Source of the DNA: a virus
Taxonomy: Duplodnaviria > Heunggongvirae > Uroviricota > Caudoviricetes
DNA length: 64,000 nt
IMG/VR virus record: IMGVR_UViG_3300010049_000010
Coordinates: 128,749 to 192,748 of that record
Reading direction: 5' to 3' (one strand)
Below the pieces are notes generated by a model. That model saw only the letters and a program-made list of their open reading frames with translations. It had not been told where the DNA came from and made no database searches. A program made the position numbers and the translations under genes. This document shows positions 48,965 to 59,200 of the stretch, in pieces. The stretch's first letter is position 1, and the number at the start of each line of letters is the position of its first letter.

Positions 48965-51900
48965 ATGAATAATGTTGAAACTCCTATCAGTGGATTATAC
49001 AGTCCAGGAAGCATTTATATAGATGAGAAAAATGATCAATTACGATATAGAATATCTCATGATAAACCTTCTAATTGGTTAATTCCGTTATCTGTTTATA
49101 CAGCAGGTAGAAATAATTCTGCATCAGTTGCATATATAAAAAGAGGCCAACCAGTTTCTGTTGGATATTTTGATGATTTAGATGATGAAACACAAAATGA
49201 AGCAGATTCCGCGATAGTAATTACAGACCCACGAAGTTATAAAACTTGTATTGGTATAGCATTAGAAGCTGGCAATTCAAAAGATACTAATAATAGAATA
49301 TCTAAAAAAGTGCATGTATTATCTCACGGACAAATTGAATATGATTTAACTGATAATAGAGACAATTTATTTCATCCACCATTTACTGGTTCCGGGTCAT
49401 CAAGAAAATATGTTTGGAATTATGAAAATGATATTGGAAAACTTGTCTATATTACTATAGATCCTACTGCTGTAAGACCTGGAGAAATAAATGGATTGAC
49501 AACTGATATTACTAAAGCATATCATAATGGGTCATCAATTATTTGTGTCGGAAAAATCGCAGACGCGCCTAGAGAAAATGATTCGTCAGACCAGCAACAA
49601 ATAGTTATTGAAGTTCAAATATCAGGAGACGTAAGAGGTGTAGTTGACTCAACACAATTTGAAATTGTATTATCAAATAATCAAATAACGACAAATCAAT
49701 TTCCAATCTCAAGTGATAAGCTTATTTTCGTAAAAGTAAAACAATTTACTAGAACTGTAGACGGCGAAACTGTTTCTGAACCAGTGGGTTATGTCATTGA
49801 AACAGACCAAGATATTTTAGCTGATGGGGCCCAGCATTCTCCTTTTGGAGCATTCAAAGTAACTCCATCTGAGTTTGCTAATTTTAATACACTATTTGTT
49901 GGCAAAAGTATTTTATGTAATAGATTAGGAATTATAGAAGGTAACTTTAATAATAACCCAAGTGATTTTGGAAAAGAATTATTTTTAGTTGATGGTAATA
50001 CTGTAACATCAGGTGCTGCTGATACTTATGAATATAAAGTTGGTCTTGTTTTAGATCAAAGAAGAATTTTAATAGATTGCCGATATCCTAGATTATTTAC
50101 TAGGTTCGATATGATTGGTACAATGAGACCGGCTTATTCTGATATTGATGAAGTCCCAACTAGAATTATAACTGATCCTGGTTTTGTAAAAATGACTCCT
50201 GGAGTAACTCATAAAGTTAACGGAGCATGGGCTGATGATGAAGAATATCCAGCAATTGATTTTTCTACATTATTAAAAACTACAATGTATGCGGGATTTT
50301 ATGAATATTGCCCACCAGTGCCAGGTACTCCTCCAACAGCTCCTACACCTACTGACCCTCGATGGACTGATATAACAGGTAATTATACTTTTAATGAAGT
50401 TGCTCCTGATCCTATTGGCTCTTGGGCTGGAAATATATTTTTAGGTTATTTTAGATTTAAAGATTTTTATTATCAAGCAACTAATGGAAAAGTAGTTACA
50501 CAAATCAAATATACTCAAGAAGGCGCGCCGGAAACGATGTCTTATATTTGGCCAGAAGTTAGTTTTGATTATGAATGGCCTGCAAGATCAATGACTGCTG
50601 GTTCATTTGATGATATGGACACATTTAATTTAATTAGAGATTCTAATAATGTTATAAGTTCACATGAATTTGATATAACACCTATAGTTGAATTAGGATA
50701 TTATCAAAATGGTAATGAACAAAATATAGAAAATTATGATATCGTATTAAAATTAAGGGATAAAGCAACTAACAAAGATATTATAATGCCCGCTGGATTC
50801 TTTTCATTTGAAGATAATCTTTACGGTTTTCAATGGACAATATATAAGAATTTAAATAATAAATGGATATTAGGAATGTTCTGTCGTCCAAATCAAGATA
50901 TTATAGCACAAAAATGTTTAGGTCTAACGTGGCCAATTGGAAAAAGAAATACCAATCCAATTTTAATGAATATAGTTGTAAGAAGACGTCCTATTCAATA
51001 TCACAATTTAATGTTAAATCAGCTTGTTAGACAAAATCCTTGGAATGCGTTTTCTGACGGACAAAATATTATTACAAAAAATTCTATTTATTTCGGCGAT
51101 AAAGTGCCAATTCAAACTGAAGATGATAATAAAGAACAATGGCATTCAGTTGGAGAAGGTGCATCAGAATTAAGAGTTGAAAATCAAGTGCCTGTTACTA
51201 TAGATGGTGAAACAACATATTGGAAAAAAGTTTCAGAAATTTATGGTGAACATTTAATATCAGGAAGTCCAGTAACTAAAAAACAAATAGATTTATTAGA
51301 AAAAACTATAGTGCCTAAAAAAGTTGATATTCACAGCACTAATAATCCAATAACTTGGACATATGATTTCAAAAATAATGTTGCTGATTTAAGTGCCACA
51401 ATGGCGATAGATGCTAATGCCAGAAAAACTTCTGAAGACTTAACTATAGGAACAGGACCTACTGCAGAAACTAAACAATATATAAATTCTTTAGAAGATT
51501 ATACAGATGATAGATCGGCTTTAAGAACTTTATATGAAGTTCCAATTGGATTTTTTAGATATGAAAATGCGTTAAGAGATTCTATTGGTACAGCTCAAGA
51601 ACAATGGGATGAAGTCCCTGGCTCAACCAATAGATTTAGAGGACCCGCAACAAGAAGAGATATTTTTCCTAGACCAGTAAAAATTGAAAAAGATGATGAT
51701 GGTAATATAGTAAGTGAAACTTTTGACGAATCAATTAGTGGTATTAATTATGATTATTTACACCCGACAACTGGTGGTATGCCTAATGAAGAATGGAATA
51801 AATTATCAGAGGAAATAGATAAAATATTTACACCAATAATAAGAAATGATAGCACAAAAATAATTGGCGGTGGTGATAGTATGATATTTCAAAATAATAT

Positions 51901-54900
51901 TGCAATACTTAACAGAGCTGCTAAAGAAACACAGGACAGATTATTAAAATTAGAAAGATCAATATTTGGAATAGATTGTCCATCATTGCCAGAAAATACA
52001 AGAAGAAGAGACTCAACAGATACAACACCTGAGAGAGAATTTGATATATATGCTTCTTGTTTAAATGAGGGTGGACTTTTAAGAATAAACAAAGTTTTAT
52101 TTGATAATTTTATTATTAGAGATAGAAAAATAGTTGATGGTGTTGCTGAACCGCAAGAACATTATTCTCCTCTAATGAAAATGTTTTATGATTTATTTGG
52201 TACTTATGAAACACAAAAGCAATATAATGATTTTTGGTATGTAAATACAGGTGCTGAAAATTGGGAGTTATTACTTAATAATCCAGAATTATGGGTTAAA
52301 AAGGAAATTACTTATGATTATTTCTTTAATAATATAGATGAAGATAAATGTAAATTTCATGATGTATTTTTAACAATTGGACCCTTAGCAGCTCAAAGAA
52401 GTGTAATGATGAATGGAGATTATTTGTTCCATCAAACATTTGATGGAACACCCGTACAAAATAATTTAAGTTATTTACCATTTAATGAAAATACTAATGG
52501 TATTTTATCAGCAGCTAAAGTTTACTTAGAAAAATCAGTAGATAGAAACTCACCAAATGGATTATTAGTAGATTTAGAATCAGGCGTTTATTCATGGCCG
52601 ATTCATAATGAAGGATGTATTGATTATGAATATAATTTTAATGAAAATAGATGGTGGAAGTCGAATCTTGTAGGAATAAACGGTGATAATAAATTTGTGT
52701 CCCAATCTTTGGAAGGAATAATATATGATATTATTACTAAGTTAACTTATTTAAGAGAAAATAGTGATATAAAAAGTCAAAGTTTAAATTCTTATTTTAC
52801 ATATATCTCAAAAATAAATAATGTACAAATTATTGATGGAACAGAATCTTCATTACCACCTGAGAAAATATTTATATCAAGAGATACTCCAGAATTAATG
52901 TTTTTAAAGAATGATTTTATTTATGGAGGAGATCATTCTTTCTTTGAACATAATCAAAGTTCTTTAATATATAATGGTTATTATAACGCATTTGGTTTTA
53001 ATAGAGATAAAATACAATCCGCTTGGTCAATGCAAATAAGTCCGAATTATGAACCAGATAATAATACTAATCCTACTAGAGGATATTCACCATATCAATA
53101 TATTACAAATGGTTTTGAGTTTACTTCTAATTTCGATATATCAATTGAAGATTATATTTTATATATAAATAGAGATATAATAGATTATTTTTCAACTATT
53201 TATGGCCCAAATCAAGTTAATACAAGATGTGGTCATCTTTATAAAACTAAAGATGACTTTTTATCTGATAATTTCTTTAGATATAAATATATGTCATTAG
53301 GACAAATGTCTTTTGATAATAGAATGTTTAAAGATAGTTCTTTATTAGGAAAACCAACTGACCCAGATGAACAGGTTTTTGATGGTGAAAGAGATATAAA
53401 TAAAACAATGCATGCTAATTTATATAAAATAACGAATAATTTTCAGAGTTTTAATTATGATAATAATCATCCTGGAATATCAGGTATTTATTCTAATAAT
53501 TTAAATTTCGGTAAATTAGCAGTTCCTATAAATGAGAATATCTCAGGTTTAACAAGTATAGGTGAACCTATAAATACTTTTAATCGATGGCTTCATAATT
53601 ATGTAGACTCGGGGACTTTACAAATTGGATTAAAACAAAATCAACTTAGAATGGTTGATATTGAACTTTCAGAAGAAATTATGCATCCAGTATTAAATGA
53701 AGATTATATTCCAGCTGAAATTAGAAATTATGAGCTTCCGGATGTTATTATTCCAGAATATATAATTTCCGGCTTTTTCTATGAAAAAGAAAATGAAGAT
53801 GGAACTAAAATTGAAGATATATCTGGATATAGAATTGAAGAACCAGTAGTTACGATACCTCAACAATTAATAAATGGATCAGAAACTATTATTTGTGAAA
53901 AAACAAGTGAAGAAAGAAAACTTATAGAATTACCTCCATATGAAATTTTAGATATGATATTTGATAAAAATGGAATTGTTTTAGAAAATCCAGATTTTAA
54001 TAGAATAAATTTACCATTACCCAATCTTGTTATTCCACAACAAACTATTAAAAATGAATATGACGATGATAATATTCCAATAAGTGGTGACTTTAATATA
54101 AGATTACCATTACCTGCAGTAGTATTATCAGGAGAAGTTGTATCAATTACTATTCCCAATAAAACTTATACTATAACTACTGAATCAAGAATTATTCCAA
54201 TAATTATTCCAGCTGAAATTACTTCAGCAAATTTATCACCTATTAGTTCTGATACTATAAATGAGAATACTCGTACATATAATCCTCCAGTTACTATACC
54301 ACCTACTCTTGACGATGATGGAGACCCCATACCTGGTACTGGTGGTACAACTCCCGCGTCAATGACACCTGTAAATAGCTGGACTGCTAATATAATAATA
54401 CCACCATATTCTGCAACTATAAATATTTTAGGTTCTACTAGAACAATAACAGTACCAACCCGGACAATATCTAATGTATTAATAACGAGGGGGCAATCAC
54501 TTAATATACCAGGATATACAACACCAAGTATCAATATTGCTGCATTTACAATATCAGAAATTACTACATTAGAAAGAAATATTACTTTAAATATACCAGA
54601 TATACTAGCTACTGTAGTAGTAACAGATGGAACTGGGACAAGTTCTGCAGGTCAGGCTGGAACAATTGAAATAAATATTTCAAATAATACGGTAAATAAT
54701 ATTTTATTGCCATTACAAATTGGATCACATACAAGTCTTGGTGATACATATTCTGGAACGATCACTTTTAATGATATAACAGTACAACCATTGTCTGGAC
54801 AAACTGGATTATACATCGAAAATCCAGAAATTGATATTGCATCACAAACATTATCTGGATGGTCAAATACTAATACATCAGGTTATAGAATCGAAAATCC

Positions 54901-56215
54901 ATATATTAATGTTCCGGGTCAAATTATTCATCCACAAGAAGGACATGATGCGTCAATTATAATTCCAGAAAATGTAATAAGCGGGGTAGAACTTGTCGAC
55001 TTACCATTCCCTGATCTTACAATATACAAAAGAACAATTAAAGGTGAGTTTATTGATATACCAATTCCTGATTATACTTTAGAAAATATTTTTGAACAAA
55101 CTACCGTAACTCATGAAGGAGCTCTTTGGGATAATAACATATTACATAGCCCTCATAGATTAGATTTAACTTTTAATAGTGGAATTCTTGAAAATATAAA
55201 TAGTGAATCTCAGGGTGATTCAATTGTTGACGTTTCTGATAGTACAAGAATTACTTCTGGTTTAATTAGAGTTAATGATGTTAATATTAGAAAAGATGAG
55301 TCTAATATGAAATGGAATATAAAGGAAATAAGACAAACTTGGAGTAATGTTCCTATAGATAGACGTGGAGATTTTGAAGATGATTTTGATGAAGAATATA
55401 TGATTGAGCCGCCTTATGGTGAAAGTAATGATTACTGGGAATGGGATCCTGAATTAGAAATTCATCATTATATTGGACCAGAAAACGATAATTTTGAAGA
55501 TATAGACCCGGATGATCCTGAAAGTTCTATGGGTCTTGATTCTGCAAGAATTGAGATATCAACAGCAACATTTACAAATAATAGTGAAGATAATAATTCT
55601 AGAAATATAATTGGTTTTAGGCCTATGATAAGAGACTTTAGATTAACTGGAGCAAATATGCCGGAAGAATATGATACATATACAAAATTAGATACTAAAA
55701 AACATATAACTAATAATATTCATTTAACATTAAATAAAGATCCTGCAATATATGCGAAAGAAGAAGAAAATTTTAAATCTCATTATAATACTTCTATCAG
55801 TAATATAGAATTTAGTGACGGAATTTTATTAAGATGGGAACCAGTAAATGTTTCAGCATATAAAATTATAATTTTAAGATATATAACAGACACTGATTCT
55901 AATGAAGTTTTAAAAAGTAATATGTTTATTACAAATACTTATTATAATGCATTATTAATAAGAAATATATCACTTTCAACTAATACTGATCCAAGAATTC
56001 CATATACAAAAATGAAAATTTTATTAGCAAGCAATGAATTTAATAATACTATAACTGATGAAGAATTTTTAGAAATATTAAAAGGAAAATATCCATTTAT
56101 TTTGACCGATACTGAGATTAACTTAGCTTCTGCTGCAGGCAGACGTAGATATTTAAATACTACTTTAAATAGCATTGGAGATCCTAATTTATTTAATAAT
56201 ATAAGGAAAATTTAA
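48965..56215 (+). CDS. Giant putative tail/fibre protein
   Basis: 2416 aa, beta-rich, Ile/Pro/Thr-rich region; TAACTA-AATAAT-ATG start. Confidence 0.6.
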   Translation: MNNVETPISGLYSPGSIYIDEKNDQLRYRISHDKPSNWLIPLSVYTAGRNNSASVAYIKRGQPVSVGYFDDLDDETQNEADSAIVITDPRSYKTCIGIALEAGNSKDTNNRISKKVHVLSHGQIEYDLTDNRDNLFHPPFTGSGSSRKYVWNYENDIGKLVYITIDPTAVRPGEINGLTTDITKAYHNGSSIICVGKIADAPRENDSSDQQQIVIEVQISGDVRGVVDSTQFEIVLSNNQITTNQFPISSDKLIFVKVKQFTRTVDGETVSEPVGYVIETDQDILADGAQHSPFGAFKVTPSEFANFNTLFVGKSILCNRLGIIEGNFNNNPSDFGKELFLVDGNTVTSGAADTYEYKVGLVLDQRRILIDCRYPRLFTRFDMIGTMRPAYSDIDEVPTRIITDPGFVKMTPGVTHKVNGAWADDEEYPAIDFSTLLKTTMYAGFYEYCPPVPGTPPTAPTPTDPRWTDITGNYTFNEVAPDPIGSWAGNIFLGYFRFKDFYYQATNGKVVTQIKYTQEGAPETMSYIWPEVSFDYEWPARSMTAGSFDDMDTFNLIRDSNNVISSHEFDITPIVELGYYQNGNEQNIENYDIVLKLRDKATNKDIIMPAGFFSFEDNLYGFQWTIYKNLNNKWILGMFCRPNQDIIAQKCLGLTWPIGKRNTNPILMNIVVRRRPIQYHNLMLNQLVRQNPWNAFSDGQNIITKNSIYFGDKVPIQTEDDNKEQWHSVGEGASELRVENQVPVTIDGETTYWKKVSEIYGEHLISGSPVTKKQIDLLEKTIVPKKVDIHSTNNPITWTYDFKNNVADLSATMAIDANARKTSEDLTIGTGPTAETKQYINSLEDYTDDRSALRTLYEVPIGFFRYENALRDSIGTAQEQWDEVPGSTNRFRGPATRRDIFPRPVKIEKDDDGNIVSETFDESISGINYDYLHPTTGGMPNEEWNKLSEEIDKIFTPIIRNDSTKIIGGGDSMIFQNNIAILNRAAKETQDRLLKLERSIFGIDCPSLPENTRRRDSTDTTPEREFDIYASCLNEGGLLRINKVLFDNFIIRDRKIVDGVAEPQEHYSPLMKMFYDLFGTYETQKQYNDFWYVNTGAENWELLLNNPELWVKKEITYDYFFNNIDEDKCKFHDVFLTIGPLAAQRSVMMNGDYLFHQTFDGTPVQNNLSYLPFNENTNGILSAAKVYLEKSVDRNSPNGLLVDLESGVYSWPIHNEGCIDYEYNFNENRWWKSNLVGINGDNKFVSQSLEGIIYDIITKLTYLRENSDIKSQSLNSYFTYISKINNVQIIDGTESSLPPEKIFISRDTPELMFLKNDFIYGGDHSFFEHNQSSLIYNGYYNAFGFNRDKIQSAWSMQISPNYEPDNNTNPTRGYSPYQYITNGFEFTSNFDISIEDYILYINRDIIDYFSTIYGPNQVNTRCGHLYKTKDDFLSDNFFRYKYMSLGQMSFDNRMFKDSSLLGKPTDPDEQVFDGERDINKTMHANLYKITNNFQSFNYDNNHPGISGIYSNNLNFGKLAVPINENISGLTSIGEPINTFNRWLHNYVDSGTLQIGLKQNQLRMVDIELSEEIMHPVLNEDYIPAEIRNYELPDVIIPEYIISGFFYEKENEDGTKIEDISGYRIEEPVVTIPQQLINGSETIICEKTSEERKLIELPPYEILDMIFDKNGIVLENPDFNRINLPLPNLVIPQQTIKNEYDDDNIPISGDFNIRLPLPAVVLSGEVVSITIPNKTYTITTESRIIPIIIPAEITSANLSPISSDTINENTRTYNPPVTIPPTLDDDGDPIPGTGGTTPASMTPVNSWTANIIIPPYSATINILGSTRTITVPTRTISNVLITRGQSLNIPGYTTPSINIAAFTISEITTLERNITLNIPDILATVVVTDGTGTSSAGQAGTIEINISNNTVNNILLPLQIGSHTSLGDTYSGTITFNDITVQPLSGQTGLYIENPEIDIASQTLSGWSNTNTSGYRIENPYINVPGQIIHPQEGHDASIIIPENVISGVELVDLPFPDLTIYKRTIKGEFIDIPIPDYTLENIFEQTTVTHEGALWDNNILHSPHRLDLTFNSGILENINSESQGDSIVDVSDSTRITSGLIRVNDVNIRKDESNMKWNIKEIRQTWSNVPIDRRGDFEDDFDEEYMIEPPYGESNDYWEWDPELEIHHYIGPENDNFEDIDPDDPESSMGLDSARIEISTATFTNNSEDNNSRNIIGFRPMIRDFRLTGANMPEEYDTYTKLDTKKHITNNIHLTLNKDPAIYAKEEENFKSHYNTSISNIEFSDGILLRWEPVNVSAYKIIILRYITDTDSNEVLKSNMFITNTYYNALLIRNISLSTNTDPRIPYTKMKILLASNEFNNTITDEEFLEILKGKYPFILTDTEINLASAAGRRRYLNTTLNSIGDPNLFNNIRKI

Positions 56216-59200
56216 TGGAAAATACTTTTAATTTTTTATTACAGAATGATGACCTTAAATACGTTTTTAAAGAAATTATAGTAGTAAATAAACAAACTAA
56301 GGAAATTATTTCAGAATATCGAGGTCCGCTTTATATACTTCCTCCACCAGATGGTCAATCAGTAATTACTATTAAGAAAATTAATGGCACTGCAAATGAT
56401 GATATAGTAGCTACATATAAAATGAATTTATATGATGTTACTGAAAAATCAATGCCAATAATAGAAGATATTGATGATGAAACAAAAATAACTGAAGATC
56501 AATTAAAAGACTTAAATAATGTTGTAAAATTTAGATCATCTCGATATCCGATGAATTATATTGTTGTAGATGACTTTGTAGAAGGAAATAAGTCTGTTCC
56601 AGAGTTATTAGAAAGGGGATATTATTCAATAACATTATCAGGTGCAGGAAGAAATTCTTTAACTAGTGGAGCTATTATAAATCAAGATACTAAATTTGCT
56701 CTTAATTTACCTAATACAGCACCAGGCGGTGTTTCAAGAAGTAATATCGCAACATTACAAAAATCCGTAACGAGAGATGATTTATTTTTATTAAATAATT
56801 TTACTTGGAGAAGAATTCAAAAAAATATGACTTCTGAGGGTGAAGAAGAGTTTCAATGGGAAGGAAGTTATTCTTATTCAAAAGATATTTTAATATTATC
56901 TTTAGAGAGAGAAATTTATTCAGAACCTTTCATCGGTCATCCTGACGACAAGCCTGCAGGAATTATATTAAATAAAAAAATAAAATTTTTTGGTATAGTT
57001 TTATCTCCTGTTCCTAAATTATTTATTCCAGATGAGCCGGCAGTAAGTGGTGCTTCTAATGAACAAATAGATGCTTATAGAGACTGGATACTTGAACATA
57101 CACCTTCTAATAGACAAGTAATTATTGCAGCTTATCTTGATGATGATACTACTGACTTAATGTATAATTATTTATCAAAAAGACCTTTAGCAAATTTACC
57201 ACAACAGACACCACAATACCGCGCGGCAGTTGGATCAACTACAGGACTTCCAACAACCCATCCTCCAATTGAAGATTTAATAGGAGGGGTAAGAGAAACT
57301 TTTTCATCGATAGATTATTCTACTCAAAGTTTAACATCAGGAGATCATGGACAGTTATTGAATCTAATAAATTATTATTCGGATATAAATACGCCAATTA
57401 CTTACGTTATTGGCAATATTACTAACACACCAGGCACGACATCAATGGGAAGAGGCACTACAGGTAGTTTTAGTCCTAATTTTAGTGCGGCAAGTGGTGG
57501 GGAAATAGAAGATATAAATAATAAAACCAATTTTGGCGGACATGGTGGAGACAAAGTTCTAAACACTTATGATTTTTGGGAAAGACGTGAAATGAAAGCA
57601 GGGCCACCAGAACCTCAAGCAACTATTGAATCAGATGAAGATTACAAGAAAAGAATAAGACGCCACAAATTAGAAAGAGCTTATATAAATATAGAATATT
57701 TAGGTGTATATGCCGCCGCGATGAGAAATATTACAATAAGTGGAGACGAAGGAACTGAAGAAAATCCAATTTTTAGTTATGAAAATGACAAACGTGATAT
57801 TAGTACTATTTGGGATTCTCCGCCTACAGAACGAACATCATTATTAAATGAAAATAATCCTAATCTTAAAAAAGTAACAGCTGGAAGAGAAGCAGCAATT
57901 TATTTTAGTGTCGCTAAAAGATATGAAGTAGATTTAGAAAATACTTATTTTATTGACACAGATTTACCTGAAGAAGACCCAACAAGAAAAACTAAAATAA
58001 TTGAAATGCCTGATTTTGATTTTGTTAAGATAGATAATAATAGAAGAGTTATTTATTTTAAAGTTCCACATAAAGGAAAAAATTATTTAGTAGATCTCGC
58101 TCATAAAGATAGAAAGTTTTATTTTCATGCTGTTTTTGATACTAATATTGTTGATTCAGTAATTATTAGAAAAAATGATGATGACCACCAATATAAATAT
58201 AAAAAAGAATATGAAGATGAAAATGGACGATGTTTATTTTATGATGACATTGAAGATAATAATACTAAGAAAGAATTTTTCTTTCATGCTGGTAATAAAT
58301 TAAAAATTGAAGTTTTTTATAAAAATGATGATGTAATTTTAGTTAAAGATTTATTAAATTTTTATATTGAAGATTGTTATCCTCTTGAAAATGGTGAAAC
58401 AACAACACAAAAAAGAACAAGATTAAGAAGTAGTAATAAATATAGAATCACTAAAACGAATAAAGCTAAACAAACTATTGATATAGACACAGCTCCGACT
58501 AGAGATATGGTGCTATTCTTAAAAACGGAAAATCTTTATACTGTCTCAGTAGATATAAATGATGTAATGTCTAAAAACTTAAATCATATTAATTTTTTAA
58601 ATAGCACTTATTTTAATCAAACGAAATATATAAGAGTTTGGCGTCGCGACACAAATAATACTAACGGTAATGGATTTCCACCACCAGAGGACAGACCTGT
58701 TTTAACACCAACTACCGCTTTAACACCTCCAATGGGAAATTGGTTATCACTTCCAATTATTGAAAAGTTTACTTACGGAGAAATATTACATTTTGACGTT
58801 TATTTTAAGTATGACCCTATATTAAATTATAATGAAAATGGTAGTCGTTATTTTATACTAGAAGAAAATATTGGGTTAAAATCTGAATATTCAAATATAT
58901 TCATTACACCGAGAATAACTATTCCATCTAAAGATGATTATTACGATGGTGGTGTTCCCGGCGAAAATAGTAGTTTAGGTAGATTGCAAAAGATATCTTT
59001 TGCAATGCCCGCAAGAAACGTATCTTTAAATTTACAGGATAAAGATTGCGGAGTAACTTTTCAAATAAAACATGACTTAAATAGTGAATATACTGCTGGT
59101 GGGAGTTGTACTGTCGATTATTGTTTTCCTTATAGAAATCATCCATTACCTAATATTGAGGACAGACATAATGGAATCCCACTTGCTGGATCTAATGGGA

